Assembly: GCA_000175855.1 (NCBI GenBank)
Contig: ACYB01000006.1
Coordinates: 30,001-62,000, forward strand
Direction of reading: 5' to 3'
DNA: 32,000 nt
From: Raphidiopsis brookii D9
Lineage (GTDB): Bacteria; Cyanobacteriota; Cyanobacteriia; Cyanobacteriales; Nostocaceae
Shown: one piece after another, positions 8,837 through 20,192 of the stretch
Layout: each line of letters begins with the position of its first letter
Numbering within the stretch: position 1 is the stretch's first letter
The notes under the pieces: model-generated
What the model saw: only the letters and a program-made list of their open reading frames with translations
Told to the model about the DNA's origin: nothing
The model's database searches: none
Made by a program: the position numbers and the translations under genes

Positions 8837-9821
8837 TTTCTCCCACTGTCAAACGACTACCATTGACAAAATCCCATCCTGACTGAAGTTTTTTGCCTAT
8901 TGGTTGTACCTCTTTCAACCACAAGCAACCCTCCCCAGTTTGGATCACAGCACCCAATCCTTTAATAATACTGAGGACAGACCCTGGCGGTGCTAATTGG
9001 GCGGACAAATCAGGTACTTTCTCAAGTTTGGACTGGATTTCCTTTGGCAACTCCTGAATGTAAGCGGACTCTAGGGGAACAGTGGCAACAATTTTTAAAG
9101 GTTGATGACGAAAGGTGGTGATGCAGTTGGGGTAAAATCCTCGGATCTGATTGTGTAGTTCTATAGCTGTTCTTGACCAGTCTAAATAATAGTCTTCTTT
9201 ATTAATTAGTGATGCGTATGTAGCTAAAGAATCATTTTGAGGAATTGGTGTAATCTCTCCATTTTTAAATTTGGTCAAGGTTTCTATTAATAGGTCTCCA
9301 CCAATTTCAGCTAGTTGATCGGCAATAATTTGAGCATTGTCTAATAGTCCAATTGGTAAGCTGGCCTTTAGGAGCATATCTCCTGTATCCATGCCCGCAT
9401 TCATTAACATAGTTGTCACACCAGTTTTTATTTCTCCTTTATGTATGGACCACTGAATGGGGGCAGCACCTCTATATTCCGGTAAAATTGAACCATGTAC
9501 ATTAATACAACCTAATTTTGGCATGTTAAGGATTTTTGTAGATAGAATTTGCCCATAAGCAACTACTACAAAGAAATCCGCATTAAGTCCCCTTAGTTTA
9601 GTCAATGTCCCAGAATCTTTTTTAATTCTTTCTGGTTGCCATACAATTAGATTATGAGCCTTAGCCAAGGTTTTAACTGGAGAGGGTGTAAGTTGATTCC
9701 CCCTTTCTCTGCGTTTATCCGGTTGGGTGATAACTGCTAAAACCTGAAATCTAGAATCATTCAACAACTTTTTTAAGGTGGGAATAGCAAAATTAGGAGT
9801 CCCAAAAAACACTATTTTCAT
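8826..9821 (-). CDS. fmt: Methionyl-tRNA formyltransferase
   Basis: MKIVFFGTPNFAIPTLKKLL...NVHGSILPEYRGAAPIQWSI...TGVTTMLMNAGMDTGDML is canonical Fmt. The track's upstream start at 9890 adds a non-conserved extension. Confidence 0.97.
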   Translation of the reverse strand: MKIVFFGTPNFAIPTLKKLLNDSRFQVLAVITQPDKRRERGNQLTPSPVKTLAKAHNLIVWQPERIKKDSGTLTKLRGLNADFFVVVAYGQILSTKILNMPKLGCINVHGSILPEYRGAAPIQWSIHKGEIKTGVTTMLMNAGMDTGDMLLKASLPIGLLDNAQIIADQLAEIGGDLLIETLTKFKNGEITPIPQNDSLATYASLINKEDYYLDWSRTAIELHNQIRGFYPNCITTFRHQPLKIVATVPLESAYIQELPKEIQSKLEKVPDLSAQLAPPGSVLSIIKGLGAVIQTGEGCLWLKEVQPIGKKLQSGWDFVNGSRLTVGETIP

Positions 9822-9930
9822 CGAAGATTGGTTAATTTTGGTAAAGTGATGCAAAATATCTGGCGTTGTAACACCCCGTCGAGTTATCATTTTTCATAAC
9901 ATTTGTACTCTTCCTTGCCCAGCACCTTAG

Positions 9931-11193
9931 ATGTCATTAAGAGTAAAAGCCATGCTTGAATCCCTACCTCAGTCAGGATGGTTCCACGCCCATCCGCGTT
10001 TTAATCGAGTTGTAGTTGTTATACTAATAATATCACCTATCTTGGGTACATCAGCCTATTTTAACCTAGCAGGACAATCACAAGTAAAAATAGAGAAAAG
10101 TACCTTAGAATCGAGCGGGTCTCAAGATTTCTCTGGATTTAATTCCCCATCGGCCAAATTGGGCGCCACTTTACCGATCATCCAGACACCTACACCTAAT
10201 AGAAGTAGTTTTGTGTTTTCCCAAGCTAAAATCCCTAACAACAAACCAGATGGAATGAAGCTAGACACAGAAAATATGGTAAGCGTGAAGGAGATGGAAA
10301 AAGGCACCGGTACTAAAATAAATAGATCCCCTATATATGATAAGGGGATTAATCATCCGAAAAGTAAACCTTATCCAGATCAAAGTAGTGCTACGAGTGT
10401 AATCCCTTCTAGTGCAGGAAGTCCACAAGTATATTTAGAAAGTGCACCTCAAATTTTACCCACAGAAGAGCAGGTAAGCATACCCAACGAAGTGCCAACA
10501 GACCCCATGAATAGTCCCCATCCCATACCCTGGAAGTGGATCGTAATGACCCAGGAAGCAATTGGTGGTCAGGGACGTTCAGGAGTGCGCCAATATCGCA
10601 GCTCTCCTCTGGTATCTCCTGATGGTAGATATGCGGTTTATAGCCGGGTACAACTGGAAGTAGAACCGGAAATGTACAATAGCCAGGTTAGTAGTATGTT
10701 GTTTATTGAAGATAGACAGACTACAAGATTGAATGTCCTGACTAAAACATTAGACACTGTTGATATGTTATCAGACAATGGAAAATCCACCCCACAGATC
10801 AACAACCAAGGTAAGATAGAGATTTTAGTCCCTGTTAGTTGGTCAGAAAAAGGGGATCGGTTTTTGGCCAGGAAATTTGTGGGCACTTTCAACACAGCAG
10901 ATGTAACAGATAATGCAGTAATTTGGGATCGCCAACAAAATACAACCACCACAGTAGTTCCCCCTCAAGGAGCAGGGGATCATGAGAAAATTGCCATTTT
11001 ATTGGGTTGGAGCAAAAAACAACCCAATTATGTGCTGTTCCGCTCAGGTGAGTTAGGAGAAGAAAAATGGCCACTAGTACAAGTTAGTGGTGATGGTAAG
11101 AATGTTAATATGAGCATTAGTGATGATCAACCCATAACTTTTGGTAATAAAAGACAAAATATTTGGTCGGATCCTGAAATTGCTGCTAAATGA
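9931..11193 (+). CDS. Hypothetical membrane-anchored protein, possibly with a beta-propeller-like C-terminal region
   Basis: Single N-terminal hydrophobic segment VVVVILIISPILGTSAYF, low-complexity Pro/Ser linker, then SPDGRYAVYSRVQLE...DRQTTRLNVLTKTL typical of WD/TolB-like blades (inference). Confidence 0.75.
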   Translation: MSLRVKAMLESLPQSGWFHAHPRFNRVVVVILIISPILGTSAYFNLAGQSQVKIEKSTLESSGSQDFSGFNSPSAKLGATLPIIQTPTPNRSSFVFSQAKIPNNKPDGMKLDTENMVSVKEMEKGTGTKINRSPIYDKGINHPKSKPYPDQSSATSVIPSSAGSPQVYLESAPQILPTEEQVSIPNEVPTDPMNSPHPIPWKWIVMTQEAIGGQGRSGVRQYRSSPLVSPDGRYAVYSRVQLEVEPEMYNSQVSSMLFIEDRQTTRLNVLTKTLDTVDMLSDNGKSTPQINNQGKIEILVPVSWSEKGDRFLARKFVGTFNTADVTDNAVIWDRQQNTTTTVVPPQGAGDHEKIAILLGWSKKQPNYVLFRSGELGEEKWPLVQVSGDGKNVNMSISDDQPITFGNKRQNIWSDPEIAAK

Positions 11194-11241
11194 ACAATCG
11201 ATTAATAATCAATATCAAGCATCAAATCTGGTATTCTTGAT

Positions 11242-11262
11242 CCCCGGTGATCAAAACCGGGG
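11242..11262. terminator. Short perfect inverted repeat between convergent genes, possible bidirectional terminator
   Basis: CCCCGGT-GATCAAA-ACCGGGG; no T tract follows, so weak. Confidence 0.35.
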
Positions 11263-11472
11263 TTAGTAGCTGAATAACCTTTTCTATCCTGTCTCTAACT
11301 GGGAGTTCTTGTTCAAGCAATGGTTAGCGCAATCTGCCCAGAGCAAACGTAAGTACTAAAGACGATTTTTTTGGAAGATAAACCGCTAACTTCCCTCTAC
11401 ATATATTTGAGCATTATTGCCTAGATATGCGTAGATTTTTACAAGCGGTGGGAACATGGGAACAGTTTAAAA

Positions 11473-12663
11473 TCAAATTAACCAACCTTTTAAACGTTTA
11501 GCAATATGAGGGCGACGCAATTTTCGCATGGCTTTACTTTGAATTTGACGCACCCGCTCGCGAGAAAGATTAAAGATATTTCCTACTTCTTCCAGGGTGC
11601 AAGGTTCACTGGTTGTTAATCCATAACGCAGGGAAATTACGTCCTTTTCCCTAGAAGTAAGTACATCACCTAAAACCTCCCATATCTCCTGACGCATCAT
11701 GTTTTCATTCATTTTAGCTTCTGGAGATTGGTTGTCCTCATCTTCTAATAGATCCATTAATTCCGTATCTTCCTCCTTACCTACACGATGGTTTAAAGAA
11801 AGTGCTTGACGACGCAATTGTTGTAATTGACGAAGTTGTTGAACTGTCATTTCCAAGAATTCCGCCATTTCCGCTTCCGTTGGGTTACGAGCAAATTTTT
11901 GTTTCAGTTCCCTTTGAGCTTTTTTCAGCTTGTTGAGTTTTTCTACAATATGAATCGGTAGTCGAATGGTTCTAGCATCATTGGCTATTGCCCGTGTAAT
12001 AGCTTGTCTGATCCACCAATAAGCATAAGTTGAGAACTTGTATCCCTTGTCGGGGTCAAACTTCTCTGTGGCGCGATTTAGCCCCATTGCTCCTTCTTGA
12101 ATTAGATCTAGAAAAGGCACTCCCCTATTTAAATATCGTTTGGCAATAGATACTACTAATCTCAGATTAGAGCGAATCATTTTCCGCTTGGCCACTCTTC
12201 CCTGATACAGTCGGTTTTCTAATTGTTTCTCATTTAGATCAAACTTGTTGGCTATTTCACCTTTAGTGGCACTGTGACCAAATTGTTCTTCTAAGGCAGC
12301 TTGCAAATCCTTAACTTCTTCTAAGAATCTTACTCGATGGGCCAATTCCACTTCTTCATCAGGTTTGAGTAGGGGGTAACGGGCCATTTCCTTAAAAAAT
12401 GCTCCCACAGCATCATCATGTTCGGTTTTATTATATCCCGAAGGACGGACGGCAGCCATTTCATCCCCATCTCGCTCATCTGATTCCAAATTTTCCAAAA
12501 TTGAGGAATCTTCAAGTACTACCGCTTCTAAACCATCTAGTGATGGTTCTTCATGTTCGACAGCATTATCCAGTATTTCCATCGTTCCCAAGTCAGCAAG
12601 ATTCATAGGTTCCTTTCGGGATAGTTGCTTTGTTTGGTACATAATTAATTGACGGCTGCTCAT
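11473..12663 (-). CDS. RNA polymerase sigma-70 family factor (group 1/2, RpoD/SigC-like)
   Basis: Regions 1.2-4.2 present: DAVGAFFKEMARYPLL; LRLVVSIAKRYLNRGVPFLDLIQEGAMGLNRATEKFDPDKGYKFSTYAYWWIRQAITRAI; YGLTTSEPCTLEEVGNIFNLSRERVRQIQSKAMRKLR. Confidence 0.95.
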   Translation of the reverse strand: MSSRQLIMYQTKQLSRKEPMNLADLGTMEILDNAVEHEEPSLDGLEAVVLEDSSILENLESDERDGDEMAAVRPSGYNKTEHDDAVGAFFKEMARYPLLKPDEEVELAHRVRFLEEVKDLQAALEEQFGHSATKGEIANKFDLNEKQLENRLYQGRVAKRKMIRSNLRLVVSIAKRYLNRGVPFLDLIQEGAMGLNRATEKFDPDKGYKFSTYAYWWIRQAITRAIANDARTIRLPIHIVEKLNKLKKAQRELKQKFARNPTEAEMAEFLEMTVQQLRQLQQLRRQALSLNHRVGKEEDTELMDLLEDEDNQSPEAKMNENMMRQEIWEVLGDVLTSREKDVISLRYGLTTSEPCTLEEVGNIFNLSRERVRQIQSKAMRKLRRPHIAKRLKGWLI

Positions 12664-13299
12664 TTGATTTGATAATAGTTAGTTTTCTGTCAGTATTCAG
12701 CTAACGGCGGTTAGCCATTTTCTTGAGTCAATAATTCTGATCGGATCATTTAGTTAATAGCCATTTAATAATAATTCTCACTCCTAATCGCTCATTTTTA
12801 CTCCTGAACTCTTATTTGTTTCCTATTTATATCCATACCAACTCTCAATGATTGACGCAACTTTTTTGTTCTTGCTCCCTACCCCCTTATTTTTATTGGT
12901 TAACAAGTGATAAGCTGATATGAAATTGTTATAATCTCGACTTGTATTGTTTCAACACTTAAACAAACATAGTTACCCTAAATAACCACTCATAAATTAA
13001 TCCTATCCTTAATCTTCTTTATTCTGGGCAAAATGTGTCAAACTCCCTGGGACATAATCAATGTTAAGGGAAATAACAGTGCCATCTACAATACTTATCG
13101 GTTGAATTTTCATGTAGTTTCATCTGGTTTCATCAGTTCAGTGTGGTTTTTTAGGATTTACATGCAGTCAACTTAAGTCCACTTCCAAATTACAGAAATC
13201 ATGACTTTCAATCCGGACAATATTCATTGACCAAAGCATGTCACATAAAAAAAACCTGCATATCTATCAAGAGGTGGAAAACCATACCACTTATTGAGT

Positions 13300-13343
13300 A
13301 AATAAAAGATAAATAAAAATTAAATAAAAATTAAATAAAAATC
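13300..13343 (+). repeat. Short AT-rich tandem repeat, 11-bp unit x 4 (AAATAAAAAT[T/C])
   Basis: AAATAAAAGAT / AAATAAAAATT / AAATAAAAATT / AAATAAAAATC read directly from sequence. Confidence 0.85.
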
Positions 13344-13574
13344 AAACCAAAAACAACAAAACTGAGGATTTAATATTTAATATACTCATTTTTAGAAAAT
13401 GATATTGACTCTAAGGTAGAAATTAATTCTGTGATTCAACCCTATAGGATTGACATTATTAAGTATTAGGAGTGAAAAAAGTATTGCCAAATACTGTTTA
13501 CCTGTAGTAAACTAGAAGGTGGCATGTAGGTAATCCCAGGGGTTTTACCCCGAGATCATCCCATTCGATATCTA

Positions 13575-16247
13575 TTGAAAAAGCCGAAAATTATGTATAT
13601 TCAGCAATCTCGGGCATTAACTTTATTTTCTCTTGTGGCCGCCGAACACAAAACAGCATACAAAACCACAACAAACCCTTACCCCTGGATTGAGGTGTTG
13701 GTAGATCTGCCAAAAATTTCACAACCTGCTAGAAACAAAAATCGGCAAAATAAATTATCCCCTAATACACTGGAGCAAAACCAGATAGTGACAGATACAA
13801 TCTTAGAACAAGATATATTAAATGAAGGAGGTGAACCAGAAGAATTTATTAAGGAAGAAACAGATTATCAAAATTTATTGATCTATCAAATACCAGAAAC
13901 CTTAAACATTAACCCAGGAGATATTTTAACTGTTCCCTGGGGAACACAACAGTTAGGAGCAATAGCAATTCGCTTACTATCTCAACTACCATCAGGAATA
14001 CCACTGGAAAAAGTTAGGGAGGTAAAAGATATAGTTAGCAAAGAATTTTTCCCTCGGACTTATTGGGAATTACTTGGTCGTATTGCTACCTATTACTATA
14101 CACCCTTGATTAAAGTAATTCGGGTGGCATTACCACCAGGAATATTGGAGCGATCGCAAAGTCGTTTGCGGCTAAAACGGGAAAATATCCCCCCAGGAGG
14201 GGAGGAATTTTTAGGTTCCCAAGCTGCTCGGGAAATTCTGAAAGTATTGCAGTCCCAACCTGATGGGGACTACAGTTTTCAGTATCTCAAGCGTCAGGTA
14301 CGGGGTTTTGACAGGGGTAAAAAACAATTACTAGATAGAAATTGGGTGGAAAGTTACTTTAAACTCACACAATCAAAGCCACAGACCCAATTAGCAGTTA
14401 CTTTGGTGGATCATGGAAGAGAATTGAGTTTGACCAAACGACAACGGGAAATTTTAAACCTCTTGGCAGATCATGGGGGTGAGTTATGGTTAACAGCGTG
14501 TGTGGAAATTTGTAAAACCACACCACCTACATTAAGATTGTTGGAAAAACTAGGTTGTGTGGTAATTGAAGAGCAGGAAAGATTACGTAGGGAACAAGGG
14601 CCCAAAATGGGCAAGGACCAGGCTAAAACCCTAACCCCAGATCAATCTCAAGCTCTGGAAGCTATTATAGCAGCAAAGGGGTTTAATAAAATTTTGTTAC
14701 ATGGGGTCACGGGTTCAGGAAAAACAGAAGTATATCTACAAGCGATCGCCCCTTTGCTAGGGGAGGGAAAATCCGCTCTAGTCTTAGTACCGGAAATTGG
14801 ATTGACACCCCAACTAACGGATAGATTTCGGGCTCGGTTTGGGAATAAGGTTCAGGTTTACCATAGCAACCTTTCCCGAGGAGAGCGTTATGATACCTGG
14901 CGACAAATGTTTACTGGCAGCTCCCAAGTAGTGATTGGAACTAGAAGCGCCGTTTTCTCTCCCTTACCTAATCTAGGAATAATTATTTTAGATGAAGAAC
15001 ATGATAGTAGTTTTAAACAAGACTCTCGAATTCCCACCTATCATGCGCGCACAGTAGCCCAGTGGCGTGCAGAATTGGAAAATTGCCCCCTGATTTTGGG
15101 GTCAGCTACTCCTTCCCTAGAAACCTGGGTGGATGTTACATTACCCCCCTCTCCAACTCATAATCAATATCTATCTCTTCCTCAACGTATCAATTCTAAA
15201 CCTCTACCACCAATAGAAATTGTGGATATGCGTCAAGAGTTGAAACAGGGAAATCGCTCTATGTTCAGTAGAACCTTAGAACAAGCACTACAAGAATTAA
15301 AGGGTAAAGGACAACAAGGAATATTATTTATCCACCGCCGGGGACATAGTACATTTGTTTCTTGTCGCAGTTGTGGATATGTTTTAGAATGTCCTAACTG
15401 TGATGTTTCCTTGGCTTATCATCATCTGGAAGCAGGGGGACCAGAACTATTAAAATGTCATTATTGCAATTACGGGCGATCGCACCCTAAACTGTGTCCA
15501 GAATGCGGGTCTCCCTACCTGAAATTTTTTGGTAGTGGGACCCAGAAAATAGTGCAGGAAATAAATCGACAATTTCCCGATTTGCAAGTGATCCGTTTTG
15601 ATAGCGACACTACTCGTAATAAGGGGTCCCATCGTAAACTATTAGATCAATTTGCTAAAGGTGAAGCGGACCTATTAGTAGGAACCCAGATGCTCACAAA
15701 AGGGTTAGATTTACCTCAGGTGACCTTAGTGGGGGTGGTAGCAGCGGATGGACTACTACATTTATCAGATTACAGAGCAAGTGAACGAGCTTTTCAAACC
15801 TTGACCCAGGTTGCAGGGAGAGCGGGAAGGGGAGAAGAATCGGGGAGGGTGATTATTCAAACCTACACGCCAGAACATGCGGTAATTGCTGCGGTGCAAA
15901 ACCATGACTACCAGTCTTTTTGTCGTGCTGAATTGGCCCAAAGAGATGCTTTAAGTTATCCCCCCTGTGGGAGGCTAATCTTATTGAGATTAACCAGTTT
16001 AGATCCTATACAAGTACAGAATACGGCTCAAATCATTGCCACAACCTTCCCTCACCAACCAGGACTAGAAATACTAGGACCAGCTCCAGCTAGTATTTTG
16101 AGGGTGGCTAATCGTTATCGTTGGCAGATATTATTAAAATTTGCCCCTAATATCCTACCACAAATGCCAGACTGGGGACAAATTTTTCAACTGTGTCCAC
16201 CGGGTGTTAGTCTGACAATTGATGTAGACCCTCTTAATATAATTTAA
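13575..16247 (+). CDS. priA: Primosomal protein N' (PriA helicase); ATG at 13593 is an alternative start to the listed TTG
   Basis: LLHGVTGSGKTEVYLQAIAPLL, IILDEEHDSSFKQD, GSATPSLETW, Zn-binding cysteines CRSCGYVLECPNCD...CHYCNYG...CPECG, LLVGTQMLTKGLDLPQVTLVGVVAAD, QVAGRAGRG. Confidence 0.97.
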   Translation: MKKPKIMYIQQSRALTLFSLVAAEHKTAYKTTTNPYPWIEVLVDLPKISQPARNKNRQNKLSPNTLEQNQIVTDTILEQDILNEGGEPEEFIKEETDYQNLLIYQIPETLNINPGDILTVPWGTQQLGAIAIRLLSQLPSGIPLEKVREVKDIVSKEFFPRTYWELLGRIATYYYTPLIKVIRVALPPGILERSQSRLRLKRENIPPGGEEFLGSQAAREILKVLQSQPDGDYSFQYLKRQVRGFDRGKKQLLDRNWVESYFKLTQSKPQTQLAVTLVDHGRELSLTKRQREILNLLADHGGELWLTACVEICKTTPPTLRLLEKLGCVVIEEQERLRREQGPKMGKDQAKTLTPDQSQALEAIIAAKGFNKILLHGVTGSGKTEVYLQAIAPLLGEGKSALVLVPEIGLTPQLTDRFRARFGNKVQVYHSNLSRGERYDTWRQMFTGSSQVVIGTRSAVFSPLPNLGIIILDEEHDSSFKQDSRIPTYHARTVAQWRAELENCPLILGSATPSLETWVDVTLPPSPTHNQYLSLPQRINSKPLPPIEIVDMRQELKQGNRSMFSRTLEQALQELKGKGQQGILFIHRRGHSTFVSCRSCGYVLECPNCDVSLAYHHLEAGGPELLKCHYCNYGRSHPKLCPECGSPYLKFFGSGTQKIVQEINRQFPDLQVIRFDSDTTRNKGSHRKLLDQFAKGEADLLVGTQMLTKGLDLPQVTLVGVVAADGLLHLSDYRASERAFQTLTQVAGRAGRGEESGRVIIQTYTPEHAVIAAVQNHDYQSFCRAELAQRDALSYPPCGRLILLRLTSLDPIQVQNTAQIIATTFPHQPGLEILGPAPASILRVANRYRWQILLKFAPNILPQMPDWGQIFQLCPPGVSLTIDVDPLNII

Positions 16248-16372
16248 AATTGCCTCCCCGGTGGAGTTGACTGGGAAATATACCAGCTTAAAAAATCCAT
16301 AAATATCCAGAAAGTAGTAAAACAGAAATGATTGAGTAATGGAAACACAAATAAGTTCAAAAATACGTAGTT

Positions 16373-18055
16373 ATGCAAAGTGTCTTACAAATCCTTATCA
16401 TTCTGGGAATTGTCGTACTAATTACTCCCATCTTGGGTAAGTACATAGCCGGTATTTTTCTAGAACAGTCAACAATCCTCGATGGTCTTCTCAACCCCGT
16501 AGAAAAGATTATATATCTGGTCTGCGGAGTCAATAAGAAACAGGAGATGACTGTGGGACAGTATATTAAATCTGTTCTTGTCAGTAACTTTATAATGGGG
16601 ATAAGTGCATATATTCTTATTTCATTTCAGCAACTGCTGCCTTGGAACCCCAACAACCTAAATGCACCAAGATGGGACACCATATTACACACCGCCATAT
16701 CCTTCCTAACTAATACTAATCAGCAACACTACATACCGGAAACAACACTAAGCCATTTTAGTCAAACAGCAGCACTAGGTTTTTTAATGTTCACCTCAGC
16801 AGCTACTGGATTAGCAGTGGGAATAGCATTTATTAAGGGATTAACCGGAAGAAAACTGGGCAATTTTTACATTGATCTTATTCGTGCCATCACCAGAATC
16901 TTATTACCCATAAGCATAATTGGGGCGATCGCCTTGGTAGCATTAGGAGTGCCAGAAACCCTGGAGGGAACATTGGTGGTCAAGACATTGGAAGGGAGAA
17001 CCCAATATATAACCAGGGGTCCAGTTGCTTCCTTTGAGATGATCAAAATGATAGGACAAAATGGAGGGGGCTTTTTTGCTGCCAACTCGGCCCATCCCTT
17101 TGAAAACCCGAACAGTGTTTCCAATCTAATAGAAACCATAGCCATGATTATCATACCAGCATCGCTCATACATAGCTACGGCGTATTTGCCAACAATTTG
17201 AAACAAAGTTGGTTACTATTTTGGATGGTATTCCTAATATTTGTGGTTTTTATCTGGGTGACAGTGGCAGGTGAAATGCAGGGAAATTACTTAGCCAACC
17301 AAATTATAGGTATAGAAATACCCAATTTGGAGGGTAAAGAAATGAGATTTGGAGTAGGAGAAACCGCATTATGGGCGGTGATAACAGCTACTACTATGAC
17401 TGGAGCAGTGAACGGGATGCTGGATTCATTTATGCCCCAGGGGATATTTTGTAACCTATCAAGCCTATTTCTCCAAATGGTTTGGGGTGGACAGGGAACA
17501 GGTACGGCTAACCTATTCATTTATTTAATCTTGACTGTATTTATCACAGGCCTAATGGTAGGAAAGACACCGGAATTTTGGGGGCGTAAAATTGAACAGC
17601 GGGAAATATTTTTAGCCAGCGTGATCCTATTGATTCATCCCATTATCGTTTTAGTTCCCAGTGCCATTGCTTTGGCCTACCCCAACTCCCTCTCAGGAAT
17701 CAGTAACCCGGGATTTCATGGTATTTCCCAGGTAGTTTATGAATATGCTTCAGCTTCAGCTAACAATGGTTCAGGACTGGAGGGACTACAAGATAATACA
17801 TTATGGTGGAACCTAAGCACTAGTTTAACCATTTTACTAGGGCGTTACGTTCCCATCATAGCCATGTTGCTATTAGCCAACAGTATGTCTAGCAAATCAA
17901 CAGTTCCCCAAACCCATAGTACCTTGAGAACTGATTCAGTAATGTTTACCACCATTACAGCCTGTTTAACCATGATTCTAACCCTACTTACCTTTTTCCC
18001 CGTTCTAGTCTTAGGTCCGGTGGCGGAGGGTTTAAATCTGGTATCTGGAAACTAG
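16373..18055 (+). CDS. kdpA: Potassium-transporting ATPase subunit KdpA
   Basis: Hydrophobic 560-aa protein with KdpA selectivity-type segments ([47 protein letters not shown]). Confidence 0.97.
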   Translation: MQSVLQILIILGIVVLITPILGKYIAGIFLEQSTILDGLLNPVEKIIYLVCGVNKKQEMTVGQYIKSVLVSNFIMGISAYILISFQQLLPWNPNNLNAPRWDTILHTAISFLTNTNQQHYIPETTLSHFSQTAALGFLMFTSAATGLAVGIAFIKGLTGRKLGNFYIDLIRAITRILLPISIIGAIALVALGVPETLEGTLVVKTLEGRTQYITRGPVASFEMIKMIGQNGGGFFAANSAHPFENPNSVSNLIETIAMIIIPASLIHSYGVFANNLKQSWLLFWMVFLIFVVFIWVTVAGEMQGNYLANQIIGIEIPNLEGKEMRFGVGETALWAVITATTMTGAVNGMLDSFMPQGIFCNLSSLFLQMVWGGQGTGTANLFIYLILTVFITGLMVGKTPEFWGRKIEQREIFLASVILLIHPIIVLVPSAIALAYPNSLSGISNPGFHGISQVVYEYASASANNGSGLEGLQDNTLWWNLSTSLTILLGRYVPIIAMLLLANSMSSKSTVPQTHSTLRTDSVMFTTITACLTMILTLLTFFPVLVLGPVAEGLNLVSGN

Positions 18056-18084
18056 TTAATCCCTTTAAGCCCAACTCCTCACCT

Positions 18085-20190
18085 ATGAACTCCATTGCAA
18101 CTAGGCGCAAGCAAAGATCCTCTCGTTCCCGAACCAAGGGTGGAGGTTTGAATCGCCAAAAATCGCGATTTAGCAATTTAGCGATTTACATACAAGCAAT
18201 TGGGGATAGCATAATCAAGTTATCCCCGCAATATGCCATTGAAAATCCTATCATGTTTTTAGTGTGGTTAGGAACAATCATCACCCTAATAGCGACAATT
18301 TATCCGCCTGCATTGGGAACGGTTAATCAAACCAATCCTCGACTATTCAATGGTTTGGTGACCACAATTTTATTTTCCACGGTTATTTTTGCCAATTTTG
18401 CCGAATCTTTGGCACAGGGAAGAGGTAAAGCCCAGGCTAATGCTTTACGAAGAAGCAGAAAAGAAACTACGGCTAACAAAATTGACCTTGATGGTACTAT
18501 TACGGAAACCCCTTCAACCCAGCTGAAAAAAGGTGATACGGTTTATGTGTCAGCTGGTGATATGATCCCTGCTGATGGTGAGGTAATTATGGGTGTAGCC
18601 TCGGTAGATGAATCAGCTATCACTGGTGAATCCGCCCCAGTTCTCAAGGAATGCGGTTCAGATGTGGCCAGTTCGGTCACTGGGGGTACACGGATTATTT
18701 CCGATGAGTTAATTATTCGCATTACCGCCGATCCTGGTAAAGGATTCATTGACAGGATGATTGATTTAGTAGAGGGGGCCCAACGGCGCAAAACACCCAA
18801 TGAAATTGCTTTGACTATTCTGCTGTCAGTGCTGACATTGGTATTTCTAATTGTGACAATTACTTTACCATCATTTGCTTACTATGTCAAGTCTCCCATT
18901 AATATCACTATACTTGTTTCTCTGTTAGTAGCACTCATACCCACAACTATTGGCAGTTTACTCAGTGCCATTGGCATTGCGGGTATGGATAGAGTTGCAC
19001 AATTTAATATTATTGCTACCTCTGGACAAGCAGTAGAAGCCTGTGGTGATATTAATACGTTAATTTTGGATAAAACTGGTACAATTACTTTAGGCAACCG
19101 CCTGGCGGAGTCTTTTATCCCTATCTGTGGACATTCAATCACGGAAATTGCCAATGTGGCATTAGCCGCTAGTATATTCGATGATACTCCTGAGGGTAAA
19201 TCTATCATTAGACTGGCGGAAAAACTGGGTGCTAAATTTGATATTGATCGCCGGTTAGCTCAGGGAGTGGAGTTCTCGGCCAAAACCCGCATGAGTGGAA
19301 CTAATTTACCGGGTGGTCATGAGGCGAGAAAAGGTGCTGTGGAGGCGATAAAGGCTTTTGTTCGTTCCCGTAATGGTCAGCATACCCCAGAATTGGAGAG
19401 TGCATATCAACAAGTATCCCGCCAGGGAGGCACACCCTTAGCGGTTTGTCTGGATGATAAGGTCTATGGTGTTATTTATCTGAAAGATATAGTCAAGCCT
19501 GCTATTCGTGAGCGATTTGACCAACTGCGACGGATGGGGGTACGTACGGTGATGTTAACTGGAGATAACCATATTACGGCTGAGGTAATTGCTAAAGAAG
19601 CAGGAGTGGATGAGTTCATAGCTGAAGCAAGTCCGGAAGATAAAATTCATGTCATTCGCTCAGAACAAGCTCAGGGTAAATTGGTGGCTATGACTGGAGA
19701 TGGTACTAATGATGCTCCTGCTTTGGCACAAGCGGATGTAGGTGTAGCTATGAATACTGGAACCCAGGCAGCTAAGGAGGCTGCCAATATGGTAGATCTG
19801 GATTCTGACCCCACAAAACTTATTGATATTATCGCCATTGGTAAGCAATTACTAATTACCCGTGGTGCTTTAACTACCTTTTCTATTGCCAATGACATTG
19901 CCAAGTATTTCACTATTATTCCGGTAATTTTTGCTACTGCTAATCTCCAGAGCTTAAATTTTATGAGGTTAACTAGTGTTAATTCAGCAGTTTTATCAGC
20001 CCTGACCTATAATGCTATGATTATTCCTGCTTTGATTCCTTTAGCATTAAAGGGGGTGAAGTTTAGACCTTTGACAGCTAACCAGCTATTGCAATGGAAT
20101 ATTTTAATTTATGGTGTGGGAGGAGTAATTGCTCCTTTTATTGCTATTAAACTTCTAGATCTGATATTTACCTTTGTGGGTTTAGCTTAA
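18085..20190 (+). CDS. kdpB: Potassium-transporting P-type ATPase subunit KdpB
   Basis: DKTGTITLGNR phosphorylation motif, VDESAITGESAPV, MTGDGTNDAPALAQADVGVAMNTGTQAAKEAANMVDLDSDPTKL. Confidence 0.98.
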   Translation: MNSIATRRKQRSSRSRTKGGGLNRQKSRFSNLAIYIQAIGDSIIKLSPQYAIENPIMFLVWLGTIITLIATIYPPALGTVNQTNPRLFNGLVTTILFSTVIFANFAESLAQGRGKAQANALRRSRKETTANKIDLDGTITETPSTQLKKGDTVYVSAGDMIPADGEVIMGVASVDESAITGESAPVLKECGSDVASSVTGGTRIISDELIIRITADPGKGFIDRMIDLVEGAQRRKTPNEIALTILLSVLTLVFLIVTITLPSFAYYVKSPINITILVSLLVALIPTTIGSLLSAIGIAGMDRVAQFNIIATSGQAVEACGDINTLILDKTGTITLGNRLAESFIPICGHSITEIANVALAASIFDDTPEGKSIIRLAEKLGAKFDIDRRLAQGVEFSAKTRMSGTNLPGGHEARKGAVEAIKAFVRSRNGQHTPELESAYQQVSRQGGTPLAVCLDDKVYGVIYLKDIVKPAIRERFDQLRRMGVRTVMLTGDNHITAEVIAKEAGVDEFIAEASPEDKIHVIRSEQAQGKLVAMTGDGTNDAPALAQADVGVAMNTGTQAAKEAANMVDLDSDPTKLIDIIAIGKQLLITRGALTTFSIANDIAKYFTIIPVIFATANLQSLNFMRLTSVNSAVLSALTYNAMIIPALIPLALKGVKFRPLTANQLLQWNILIYGVGGVIAPFIAIKLLDLIFTFVGLA

Positions 20191-20192
20191 TT

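Noticed and set aside
10122-11074. Minus-strand ORFs under the 9931..11193 gene
   Set aside because: Short antisense frames with no recognisable features. The plus frame is longer and has a plausible membrane anchor and domain structure.
13300-13343. Tandem repeat considered as CRISPR-like
   Set aside because: The 11-bp units are contiguous with no spacers and pure A/T-rich. No cas genes are present.
16867-17520. Minus-strand ORFs inside kdpA (16867..17169, 17287..17520)
   Set aside because: Shadow ORFs antisense to clearly conserved KdpA sequence.
18543-19913. Several minus-strand ORFs inside kdpB
   Set aside because: Antisense to conserved P-type ATPase motifs; no independent signal or ribosome-binding context.
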